A stretch of 64,000 nucleotides of DNA. It comes from Microgenomates group bacterium. Lineage in GTDB: Bacteria > Patescibacteriota > Microgenomatia > UBA12405. Shown here piece by piece: positions 16,809 through 25,358 of this stretch (its first letter is position 1; every line of letters starts with the position of its first letter). Where the stretch lies: assembly GCA_049303675.1 (NCBI GenBank), contig JBAQNJ010000001.1, positions 344,711 to 408,710 of the forward strand, in the 5' to 3' direction. The position numbers and the translations under genes were made by a program. Under the pieces are notes generated by a model. That model was not told the origin of the DNA. It saw nothing but the letters and a program-made list of their open reading frames with translations, and made no database searches.

Positions 16809-17927
16809 TCAAGGCCATGCCTGCCGGCAGGCAGGGGAGAAGCCGCGAAGCGGAGAGGGGTTTATCGCCCAGAGTATCATCCCCGCTGCCCAGGCAAAGG
16901 GGTGTTCGGCAGTATACAGTTTTCTTTTTACCGATTTTCCATTTCTTTCATAGCACTCATAAATTATTTTGTCATCTACAATTTTTTGACTTATATTTTG
17001 AATTATTTTTAGAGCTTCTTTATTTTTACCTACTCTGCTTAGGGCCACTATATAGGCAGTAATTGTCTGCCACCACAATATCCCTTTATTTTGGTAATCA
17101 GGGATTCCTACTATTCTTTGCAGGATATCCACTCGCCACCACGGATACTTTGGACTATTTGTCTCCATCGAAAAATTAGCCAGCGTCTTCTGGCACTCGG
17201 CCAAAATACTCTTACTTTCCTCACCAGTCGTTAGTCCCCAAATTATAGCCAGACAATTTCCAAAAGGATACAAATAATCTTCTCTCTTATAGTCGTGCCA
17301 GTCAGCCAAATATTTCCCATTCCATAGTTTCTCTCTTATATTTTTAGCTATGTCTTTTTCTTTGGACTTGTTTAAATCCTTATATATTTTCCAATAAATT
17401 ATATTGGTGTAGAGTAGGTGTCCCCACTTCCACACCGCATCATTCCATTCGGCCATTGGCCCATCCCATAGTAGTCCATTCTTTTCTTTAGACGACAAAT
17501 ATTTTAGGGATTTATCGATATTTTTCTTATATTTATCTTTATCAACATGTATCGCCAGCAGGGTTATTAGTGTCGTTCCATCTAGCACCTCCTGACCCAG
17601 CCCTCTCAACTTATATGTTGGTCGCGGTGTTTTATAAAACTTTGGTTTACCAAAATATTTACCCATATTTAGTGGCCCGTTCATTATCCGGTAGGGGACC
17701 ATGCCATCCTCCCGTTGGAACGAGAAAAATAGATCCACCATTTTTATGACTATTTCCCTATCCCCGATTTCCAGCGACCCGAGGGCCGCGAAAAATCCAT
17801 CTCTGGCCCAATAATCAGTAAAGTGATGTCCGCCCGCCACAACACCCTCACTCCGATAGCAATCCCTCAAATTTTTCTTGGCTATTTCTCTGGCCTCTGC
17901 CACCATATCCATTCTAAAGTCTAACAT
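16809..17927 (-). CDS. glycoside-hydrolase-like (six-hairpin / GDE_C-like) protein
   Basis: 372 aa; HFTDYWARDGFFAALGSLEIGD motif reminiscent of amylo-alpha-1,6-glucosidase / GH63-like domains. Confidence 0.4.
   Translation of the reverse strand: MLDFRMDMVAEAREIAKKNLRDCYRSEGVVAGGHHFTDYWARDGFFAALGSLEIGDREIVIKMVDLFFSFQREDGMVPYRIMNGPLNMGKYFGKPKFYKTPRPTYKLRGLGQEVLDGTTLITLLAIHVDKDKYKKNIDKSLKYLSSKEKNGLLWDGPMAEWNDAVWKWGHLLYTNIIYWKIYKDLNKSKEKDIAKNIREKLWNGKYLADWHDYKREDYLYPFGNCLAIIWGLTTGEESKSILAECQKTLANFSMETNSPKYPWWRVDILQRIVGIPDYQNKGILWWQTITAYIVALSRVGKNKEALKIIQNISQKIVDDKIIYECYERNGKSVKRKLYTAEHPFAWAAGMILWAINPSPLRGFSPACRQAWP
16810..16865. repeat. GC-rich hairpin element copy C (larger relative: caagg-GCCTGCCGGCAGGC-aggggagaa-GCCGCGAAGCGG-agaggggttta)
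   Basis: G-rich arms caagg / gaggggttt resemble copies A and B; two GC hairpins; supplies the C-terminal residues of the minus-strand ORF 16809-17927. Confidence 0.45.
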
Positions 17928-18571
17928 TTATATTCATCTTTTCCCCAGTTTTCTACGTTATTCATAATATATTTTTTCGTTGCCAAATAATGTTTTTTGT
18001 CTTTAATAATTTCATCATAATATCCTGTTTGCCATCCAAATAATATTTTATTTTGGTTGGCATATCTCGATACCGCCGATTTGTACTGTTGAATAATTTT
18101 TGGAATCATCTGTTTTGACTTCACACTTAAATATCCCATGCTTTTGTTTTGTAGAGACGCCATATATGGCGTCTCTACTGAATTATCAACACGCGTCTCT
18201 ACTGAATTAAAAACCTTCGTCTCTACTGAATCTCTAGTACACATGTTCAGTGAATCATCAGTATTCGCCACTATTGAACACGCATTAGTTACCTCGATCA
18301 ACATATGTATATGGTTTGGCATGACAGCAAATGCACAAATTATTATATTTGGAAAATGTTTTGGAATTTCAATCAAATATTGTTTTGCTATTTCTCCTAT
18401 TTTTGAAAACACCATCTTATTATTTTCAATTTTTCCCAGCGATCTATCATGTTTCCATGTACAAATTGTTATATGGTAATAACCGTTACTGGAATAGTCC
18501 CACGATTCCAACCTTGCCGATCTTATTTTATATCTCTCATCAAATGTGTCCAAATGATCATCATCGATCAT
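17921..18571 (-). CDS. REP-associated tyrosine transposase (RAYT / IS200-family TnpA, HuH-Y1), with an in-frame REP insertion
   Basis: HuH motif MPNHIHMLIEV and catalytic Tyr region FGWQTGYYDEIIKD...YIMNN. About 50 residues between them (DSVETKVFNSVETRVDNSVET...) are the translation of the palindrome/direct-repeat cluster at 18148-18235. Confidence 0.7.
   Translation of the reverse strand: MIDDDHLDTFDERYKIRSARLESWDYSSNGYYHITICTWKHDRSLGKIENNKMVFSKIGEIAKQYLIEIPKHFPNIIICAFAVMPNHIHMLIEVTNACSIVANTDDSLNMCTRDSVETKVFNSVETRVDNSVETPYMASLQNKSMGYLSVKSKQMIPKIIQQYKSAVSRYANQNKILFGWQTGYYDEIIKDKKHYLATKKYIMNNVENWGKDEYKC
18148..18235. repeat. REP-like cluster 1: palindrome GTAGAGACGCCATATATGGCGTCTCTAC plus three CGTCTCTACTGAAT direct repeats
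   Basis: Palindrome at 18151-18178; repeats at about 18170, 18193 and 18218; inside the RAYT ORF. Confidence 0.75.
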
Positions 18572-18600
18572 GTATTTATCTTATTCCTTTTTTGTAGAGA

Positions 18601-18682
18601 CGCGCCATGGCACGTCTCTACTGAATATCAAACGTCTCTACTGAATATCAAAACCAACGTCTCTATAGATTCACCAATTTTC
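18601..18682. repeat. REP-like cluster 2: palindrome GTAGAGACGCGCCATGGCACGTCTCTAC plus 20-nt direct repeats (CGTCTCTACTGAATATCAAA x2, third copy degenerate)
   Basis: Palindrome at 18604-18631; about 30 nt upstream of the RAYT start. Confidence 0.75.
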
Positions 18683-19312
18683 AATAATTCTCTCTTCCCC
18701 TTGGACTATTATTTTGTCACCGTCAACAATTATTTCCTCGCCATTTTTTAGTAAATATAATTTATTACCTATATATTGTGCTTTTATTTTTTCGTACAAA
18801 CTGTCCTCATAATGAGGGTAAATATCAAAGTCAACTAGGTTCATCGGTCTAATTTCACTCGCCCCATATTCTTTATCACCAAAATCAAACTCAGCTATTT
18901 CCAAGCTTCTTCCCGCCACCATTGATCCGGCGCTAGATCCTACATATACCTTATTTGAATTATTTTTATCCAGCAAATATTTATCAATTCCACATCTTTT
19001 TATCCAGTACATCAGATATCCAGCCATACCTCCAACAAACCACAGTATCTCATTGTCATCCAATATTTTAAGAACGCTAGCATTTCTATATTCTTCCAGT
19101 ACCACTGGAGTAACTACTGCCCCAGAATTATTTATCTGTTCCCAAGTGTTACTACTTTTCCAAGATTCCCAGCCTCCCTCACCATTTGATGCAGTCGGGA
19201 TGTAGGCAATTTTTTTATCTTTCAATCCGCCTACAAAATTTTCTAATTTGTGCCAAGTATTTGGTTCGCGAACATATGATGCCAAAAACATTTTCATCAT
19301 CAATTTTATCAT
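18671..19312 (-). CDS. peptidase S51 (dipeptidase E / cyanophycinase-like) family protein
   Basis: YVGSSAGSMVAG nucleophile-elbow-like motif in an S51-like context. Confidence 0.5.
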   Translation of the reverse strand: MIKLMMKMFLASYVREPNTWHKLENFVGGLKDKKIAYIPTASNGEGGWESWKSSNTWEQINNSGAVVTPVVLEEYRNASVLKILDDNEILWFVGGMAGYLMYWIKRCGIDKYLLDKNNSNKVYVGSSAGSMVAGRSLEIAEFDFGDKEYGASEIRPMNLVDFDIYPHYEDSLYEKIKAQYIGNKLYLLKNGEEIIVDGDKIIVQGEERIIENW

Positions 19313-19406
19313 TTGACATTAGAAAATTGCGCCCAAAGGAAGTCCACTTGGGGGAATTAAAAATTATAAATTAAAAATTAAAAATTAGATTGCGGTAGAA
19401 TACCCT

Positions 19407-21215
19407 ATGGATTCCCAAGTCGCCGATATCAAGAAAAAATTGGATATCGTCGATGTCATCGGTAAATATCTACCTCTCAAAAAACGTGGCCGCCACTGGC
19501 TGGCCAATTGTCCCTTTCACGGTGAAAAAACTCCCTCTTTTACCGTCTCTGCCGAATTACAAATGTTCAAATGTTTTGGCTGTGGCAAGTCGGGGGATTT
19601 GTTCACCTTTGTCCAAGAGTTTGACCATATCGATTTTCGTGAAGCCCTCGAAGAAATGGCCAAGTTGGCTGGAGTCGAGTTAAAAAAAGATCCCCATATT
19701 ACCGCCGTCGAGAAGCTTCATCGCCGGCTTGTCGATCTAAATCAAGAAGCTTCCAAGTTTTATCACTATATGCTGACTACTCATCCACTCGGTCAGTCTG
19801 CCCTCGAATATTTGAGTGGTCGCCATATCACTCTCGACACCATTCGCCTTTTTCGTCTTGGTTTTTCACCCCAAAATCCGGAACTGGTTATCAACTATTT
19901 ACTCAAAAAGGGTTTTACCAAATCCGAATTAATTAGCAGTGGTTCTTATGGCACATCCCGTTATGGCAATAATTTATATGACCGGTTTACTGGCCGCTTA
20001 GTTTTTCCCTTGGCCGATTTTCGAGATCGGATACTCGGCTTCTCCGGTCGAATAATACCCTCACAGTCCGGTTTACCTGCCGATAGGCAGGCCAAATATA
20101 TTAATTCGCCCGAAACCGACATTTATCACAAGAGTCAGCTACTTTTTGGCCTCAATCTGAGTAAGGATAGTATTAAGAAAAATCAGAGTGTCATCATCGT
20201 CGAGGGCGAGTTTGACATGATCTCTCCCTTTACTCATGGAGTCCAAAATATTGTGGCTATCAAGGGGACTGCCTTTACTGTCGATCAATTAACCCTCTTG
20301 CACCGCTATACCGATACTCTTATTCTTGGCCTCGACTCCGATTTTGCGGGTACAGCTGCCGCTCTCAAAAGCATCGAATTAGCCGATTCTATGGGCTTTG
20401 ATATTCATGTTATTGATCTCTTGGGTCGCTACAAGGACCCCGACGAAGCCATTACCGCCGATGTCGATTTTTACAAGCAGCAGGTCGCCCATCCCATTCC
20501 CATCTGGGACTTTATTATCAATTCGGCGCTATCAAAATTTGATTATTCCACTCCTAGGGGCAAACAAGATATTTTGCGTTTGGTATTACCTTTTATTACC
20601 AAAATCAACAATTTAGTGACTCGCTCTGATTATCTTTCCAAGTTATCCTCCGCCATTGGTTCGTCTCCTGATGCTGTTATTGCCGAATCCCAAAAATACA
20701 CCAATAAACTTTCACCCCAAACTTCAAACTTAAAACCTCAAACTTCAAACTTTGCAGTTCCAGTCGCCAAAATTGACTTATTAGAATCCCATTTATTATC
20801 TCTTATTTTCTCCGCCAAAAAACCCTATCTTCTCGCCGCTAGGATCAAGGAAAAATTAGAATTCGTCACCCCTCGTTTTGTCAAGATTTTTTCAGCCCTT
20901 CTAAGACCTCGCAAAATCTTTAATCCAGTCCGTTTTGGCAGTCGTCTGCCGCCCGAACTATTATCAATTTATCAGGATATTTTTCTCAACTCCACCCGTT
21001 TCAAATTTGAGTCAAAGGATAGGTTGGTTGAGATCAACAAGACCATTAATCAAATTCTCACCCTCACACTCAAAGACAAGTTATCTGTCATTAGCTCCAA
21101 AATCGCTCAGGCCGAATCTGCCGATGACGACGAATTAGTGGCCACATTGGAAGCAGATTACAATTCCCTCCTCCACCAACTCTCGTCTATTCAGTCCACA
21201 AAAAGTAGAAATTAG
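19407..21215 (+). CDS. dnaG: DNA primase
   Basis: N-terminal zinc ribbon CPFHGEKTPSF...CFGCG, TOPRIM region EGEFD...DSD; 602 aa; upstream of rpoD. Confidence 0.85.
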   Translation: MDSQVADIKKKLDIVDVIGKYLPLKKRGRHWLANCPFHGEKTPSFTVSAELQMFKCFGCGKSGDLFTFVQEFDHIDFREALEEMAKLAGVELKKDPHITAVEKLHRRLVDLNQEASKFYHYMLTTHPLGQSALEYLSGRHITLDTIRLFRLGFSPQNPELVINYLLKKGFTKSELISSGSYGTSRYGNNLYDRFTGRLVFPLADFRDRILGFSGRIIPSQSGLPADRQAKYINSPETDIYHKSQLLFGLNLSKDSIKKNQSVIIVEGEFDMISPFTHGVQNIVAIKGTAFTVDQLTLLHRYTDTLILGLDSDFAGTAAALKSIELADSMGFDIHVIDLLGRYKDPDEAITADVDFYKQQVAHPIPIWDFIINSALSKFDYSTPRGKQDILRLVLPFITKINNLVTRSDYLSKLSSAIGSSPDAVIAESQKYTNKLSPQTSNLKPQTSNFAVPVAKIDLLESHLLSLIFSAKKPYLLAARIKEKLEFVTPRFVKIFSALLRPRKIFNPVRFGSRLPPELLSIYQDIFLNSTRFKFESKDRLVEINKTINQILTLTLKDKLSVISSKIAQAESADDDELVATLEADYNSLLHQLSSIQSTKSRN

Positions 21216-21239
21216 TATTATAGTTTGATACACTAGGCC

Positions 21240-21551
21240 ATGGCAAAAAAACTCAGGCTTGTCAGTATCGAAGGTAGAGGTTTCAGAAATAGTCCAGATG
21301 TCGATGTCATCGATGCTCCTGAATTCATTTCCTTGCGTTCACCAAAAAGTAGCGAAGAGAGACAGATGGTCATAGGTAGTGAGGCTGTCGCCGTAAAAAG
21401 GCTACCCCTAAGCAGACGCGGTTTTCCGGTGGTTGAAAAACATGGAGTAATTGGTCCTGATAAACCATTTTTTTACGATGATCGGACACTTGCCGAAATG
21501 ATTATGCATCGAGGTCGTCAGTATGCGGTTGTAGTCAAAGAAGAGGCATAG
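21240..21551 (+). CDS. hypothetical protein between dnaG and rpoD
   Basis: 103 aa ORF. Confidence 0.3.
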   Translation: MAKKLRLVSIEGRGFRNSPDVDVIDAPEFISLRSPKSSEERQMVIGSEAVAVKRLPLSRRGFPVVEKHGVIGPDKPFFYDDRTLAEMIMHRGRQYAVVVKEEA

Positions 21552-21585
21552 CTTTTTAGCCTAATTTCCTATACAATATAACCCA

Positions 21586-22671
21586 ATGCCGACCCCTCTC
21601 AATTTTTCCAAAATCAAACAGTCGTTAGTTGCCACCGCCAAGAAGCTTCGTTATCTCACCCAAGATGAAATTTTAGCCGTCGTCGCCGAGCCCGAAAAAC
21701 ATGTTGATGAAATAGATCAATTATTCGACTATCTTTTTGAAAAAGGTATCGATGTCTTTGACAAGGTCGAATCTCAGGCTCTGGCCGATGTGAAGAAAGA
21801 GAAGGCGAACAATGCCGAGCTCTTAGCCATGCTTACCCAGAAAAATACAGTAGATTCGGTGCGCATGTATTTGAAGGAAATTGGCAAAATCGATCTTTTG
21901 ACCTTTGCCCAAGAAGTCGAGTATGCCAAGGCTATCGAGAAGGGATCCGACGAAGCCCGTGCCAATTTAATCAATGCCAATTTACGTCTCGTAGTCTCCA
22001 TTGCCAAAAAATATATTGGTCGCGGTCTCTCTTTTTTGGATCTAGTTCAAGAGGGGAATCAGGGTCTAATGCGTGCCGTCGAAAAATTTGATTGGAAGCG
22101 AGGATTCAAATTTAGTACTTATGCCACATGGTGGATTCGTCAGGCGATTACTCGGGCTATTGCCGATCAAGCCAAGACCATTCGTATTCCGGTTCACATG
22201 GTCGAGACAATCAACAAAGTATACAAAGCCACCCGTGCTCTCACTCAGCGATTAGGCCACGAGCCGGCCATCGAGCAAATTGCCGATGAAGTCGGTATCA
22301 CTGTTGAAAAAGTCGAAGAGATATATCGTATCTCACAGGACACTACTTCACTGGCCACTCCCGTCGGCGATGATGAGGATTCATTTTTGGGCGATTTTAT
22401 CGAAGATACTACCCAGCTCTCTCCTTACGAAGAGACTAGTATGGAGTTGCTGCGCGAATCCATCGAAGAAGTCTTAGAATCTCTGGATGAGCGCGAATCA
22501 AAAGTTCTCTCACTCCGCTTTGGGCTGATGGGCGAGACACCCAAGACTCTCGAAGAAGTCGGCAAAATTTTCAATGTCACTCGCGAGCGTATTCGTCAAA
22601 TCGAAGCCAAGGCTCTTAGAAAATTAAGACATCCATCACGTAGAAAGAAACTCCAAGATTACCTAGAGTAA
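21586..22671 (+). CDS. rpoD: RNA polymerase sigma-70 factor
   Basis: Region 2 [24 protein letters not shown]; region 4 [29 protein letters not shown]. Confidence 0.85.
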   Translation: MPTPLNFSKIKQSLVATAKKLRYLTQDEILAVVAEPEKHVDEIDQLFDYLFEKGIDVFDKVESQALADVKKEKANNAELLAMLTQKNTVDSVRMYLKEIGKIDLLTFAQEVEYAKAIEKGSDEARANLINANLRLVVSIAKKYIGRGLSFLDLVQEGNQGLMRAVEKFDWKRGFKFSTYATWWIRQAITRAIADQAKTIRIPVHMVETINKVYKATRALTQRLGHEPAIEQIADEVGITVEKVEEIYRISQDTTSLATPVGDDEDSFLGDFIEDTTQLSPYEETSMELLRESIEEVLESLDERESKVLSLRFGLMGETPKTLEEVGKIFNVTRERIRQIEAKALRKLRHPSRRKKLQDYLE

Positions 22672-22959
22672 AAACTACCATGTTAAAATCACAAGACCAC
22701 TCTCCAAAAGTTCCTTTTACAATATTTCAGTATGGTTTTCGACGCATTGATTTACTATCCAGTAGTCAGATATCTCAGCCGGTCACAAATACAAAAACAA
22801 TTGGTAGATTAGAAATTAAAATCACAAAAACTCCAGTAGTTGTAGATGGTAATGTCTCTCTGGGAGACTATGAATCGATACCCTGTGTCGATACAAAAAT
22901 TATCTGTAGATTGCTACCTCCCAAGGTAAGTAATTTTGGAATTTAGAATTGTTTTTTTC

Positions 22960-22987
22960 TGATCACTGATCACTGATCACTAATCAC
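22960..22987. repeat. tandem heptamer (TGATCAC)x3 + TAATCAC spanning the stop of the minus-strand gene
   Basis: ctgatcactgatcactgatcactaatcac; each unit carries a GATC. Confidence 0.6.
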
Positions 22988-23425
22988 TAGCTCTATCTCC
23001 ACCATCTCTCCATTCTCCAATCTTCTTTTTGTCCCTGTAATCAAATAAGTCATCATCTGAATCGCGAGTAGGTGGCTGACCACTAGTATAGTCTCGCCTT
23101 GTTTGTGATCAAACTTCACATCATCCAAAAACAATTCTATTCTGGCTTTCAATTTTTCATAGTTTTCCCTTTTGTGTTTTGGGCCGACTAGGCTAGTTAG
23201 ATGTATCGGCATATTATCCTCTCTTAGTCGCAATATTTCATCCAAAGTTTGCACACATCTTGGCTTTGAAGAACAATATATTGCATCAATTTTTTGTTCA
23301 ACTAGTTTTTCTCCCACTGATATAGATTGTTTCACTCCTGCCGCCGTTAAATTATTTTCACTACCGGCCACTTTATAGCCTCTGTTATGCGCCGACTCCC
23401 CGTGGCGAATCAATATTAGTTTCAT
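22970..23425 (-). CDS. histidine phosphatase (phosphoglycerate-mutase-like) family protein
   Basis: LILIRHGESAHN (RHG motif) at the N-terminus. Confidence 0.6.
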   Translation of the reverse strand: MKLILIRHGESAHNRGYKVAGSENNLTAAGVKQSISVGEKLVEQKIDAIYCSSKPRCVQTLDEILRLREDNMPIHLTSLVGPKHKRENYEKLKARIELFLDDVKFDHKQGETILVVSHLLAIQMMTYLITGTKRRLENGEMVEIELVISDQ

Positions 23426-23495
23426 GGGGGTATTTTAACATTAGTACGTCATTGCGAGGGGTTTATCCCCGTGGCAATCTTTTGTAATTCTGCCT

Positions 23496-24104
23496 TTATA
23501 TCTTCACTCCCATTTTATTTAGTTCTTCCAAAAACTGCTCAAAATCTTTATAGACAAAAGCACAAATTCCCACTTCCTTGGCCGCAGCCACCGATGGCTC
23601 ATAATCATCAGCCAGCGCAATTTCATTGGCCGCGACCCCAGATTTTTTCACCAATTCCTCATACAAACCCTTTTCCGGTTTATTAATTCCAATTTCATAC
23701 GACAATGCGAAGGCATCAAAATTATCTAAAAATCCAAATCGCTTATGCAATCCGTTTATCCTCGCTGGAAAATTACTACTACAAATTAATGTTTTATATC
23801 CATTGTTTCTGACCCTTCTCACAATTTCGGCCACATACTCATTTACTTCATAGCCACTTATTAGCAAATCAATTAGTTCAGCTGGCTTAGCCTCTATTTT
23901 CCACTCGCTCGCCGCCCAGTTCCAAAATTCTCCATCATTCATTTTTCCAGTTTTATATAGTATATTCATTTGCTCGCTTTTAAGGAACACTCTTTTAGCC
24001 TCGTCTTCACTTATGCCATATTTCTCGCCCAAATTCTTGATAAAGTTTTCCTTACCCTTGAGAAAATAGACTCCGTCAAGGTCAAAAGTTATCGCTTTTA
24101 TCAT
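23496..24104 (-). CDS. HAD-superfamily hydrolase
   Basis: Motif I ITFDLDGV at the N-terminus; 202 aa. Confidence 0.65.
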   Translation of the reverse strand: MIKAITFDLDGVYFLKGKENFIKNLGEKYGISEDEAKRVFLKSEQMNILYKTGKMNDGEFWNWAASEWKIEAKPAELIDLLISGYEVNEYVAEIVRRVRNNGYKTLICSSNFPARINGLHKRFGFLDNFDAFALSYEIGINKPEKGLYEELVKKSGVAANEIALADDYEPSVAAAKEVGICAFVYKDFEQFLEELNKMGVKI

Positions 24105-24118
24105 TGGCTATTTTAACA

Positions 24119-24433
24119 TCAATTAACCTCTCTCACTTTTAAATCTACCCCCTGTACTTCGGTATATATTTTTCTGCCTTTCAACATTGATCTATGAATT
24201 GTAGTGATTTGATGACCAGCATGATCTCTTAGTGCCATTTTTGCCACTACGCCATCATCAACTTTATCTTTAAGTAGCGCTATTGGTTCAGTACAACCTT
24301 CGCAAAATAGCACTGATTTTACATCGTCATGTATATAGGTTGTACCCTCGTAGGCCGTTGGCAATTTGACAGTATCTAGATTAGGCATTTCGGGATTATA
24401 CCAGAACTTTAGTTTATCGTCCCACTTCCCCAA
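24119..24433 (-). CDS. hypothetical protein
   Basis: 104 aa ORF. Confidence 0.3.
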   Translation of the reverse strand: MGKWDDKLKFWYNPEMPNLDTVKLPTAYEGTTYIHDDVKSVLFCEGCTEPIALLKDKVDDGVVAKMALRDHAGHQITTIHRSMLKGRKIYTEVQGVDLKVREVN

Positions 24434-24760
24434 TATATTCCTATCAATAGAGTATCGTTTTTCGTCGGCAATCTGGTCACCAGCAGTGGTTCTTTGTTCG
24501 GGTGTCGATTCATATGATCTCCCACTGCATCCATCACATTTCCTCGGACATTCAAATCAGTTCCCTTTTCCAGTCGGATAATTAGGTCCCTGCACAATGC
24601 ACAGCCAATTTCCCGCTCGATCGCCGGTTTCTGCGATATATTTACCTCCACATCATATCTATCGGTGATTATTCTGGTCATAGGGGGATTATAGCCTAGA
24701 TTTCCTCCAGTTTCTGTTATATATCTTGACAAAGATTGGCAAACTATGGCATAATAAGCC

Positions 24761-25051
24761 ATGACCACTATGAATATCTCAGTTACCGAGGAACAAGCCA
24801 AGTTTATTGACCAAATTGCGGCCAAATTTAATTTTAGTAATCGTAGTGAATTATTTCGCTCCTTTTTACGTCTATTGCAACAGCAACCAAACCTTATTGC
24901 AGAATCAGCCACCACCCCATTTATATCGCCACCTACGCGAAGTCTGTCGGAGGTAATTAATGGTCTAAAACAAACAGGCAAATACTCTTCTGAGTTTTTA
25001 AAAGATATGGAAGACGGGCTCAAGGATAGTCTATACTTTAATGAGAAATGA
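24761..25051 (+). CDS. ribbon-helix-helix (CopG/ParD-like) antitoxin
   Basis: 96 aa; MNISVTEEQAKFIDQ...NRSELFRSFLRLL pattern; overlaps the downstream toxin ORF. Confidence 0.45.
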   Translation: MTTMNISVTEEQAKFIDQIAAKFNFSNRSELFRSFLRLLQQQPNLIAESATTPFISPPTRSLSEVINGLKQTGKYSSEFLKDMEDGLKDSLYFNEK

Positions 25052-25247
25052 TTATTCTGCCCTTAAATCCAAAGAGTCACTACTATTCCTGTCCAACATC
25101 TACCATCCAAGCTTAAATTTTGAGTTATTAGAACCAAGAGAATTGGGAAATTACAGCTTTAGACTGGATATTCATTATCGGGTAATTTTCATTTTCCACA
25201 CGTCAGAGATTGTCGAAATCATCTCCATCACCAACCATTATCGCTAA
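25041..25247 (+). CDS. RelE/ParE-family toxin
   Basis: 68 aa; ...FRLDIHYRVIFIFHTSEIVEIISITNH typical RelE/ParE C-terminus. Confidence 0.45.
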   Translation: MRNDYSALKSKESLLFLSNIYHPSLNFELLEPRELGNYSFRLDIHYRVIFIFHTSEIVEIISITNHYR

Positions 25248-25358
25248 AGACTATTTTTTTAGCTTAAATTATTCTATAATCAGACCTGTCCTTCGCTCTT
25301 TTAAATCTTATGTCAGTTCGACTGTTAACTGTTTTCTGTTAACCGACAACTGACTTAT

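Noticed and set aside
16691-17062. Plus-strand ORFs 16691-17062, 16741-16953 and 16791-17012
   Set aside because: Overlap the GC-hairpin element C and are antisense to the 3' end of 16809-17927; translations of repeat sequence.
18148-18682. Possible CRISPR array (short direct repeats with spacers)
   Set aside because: Repeats are only 14-20 nt with spacers of about 6-10 nt, each cluster is headed by a long perfect palindrome, and the clusters sit in and next to a RAYT gene. This is REP/BIME architecture, not CRISPR. No cas genes seen.
18138-18751. Three overlapping plus-strand ORFs (18138-18479, 18331-18597, 18449-18751)
   Set aside because: Antisense to the RAYT transposase gene and REP clusters; low-complexity translations with no motifs.
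24409-25023. 204-aa minus-strand ORF
   Set aside because: Its 5' two-thirds is antisense to a well-formed RHH/RelE-like TA pair; only the 3' third (below about 24760) could be real, and the call was too uncertain to annotate.
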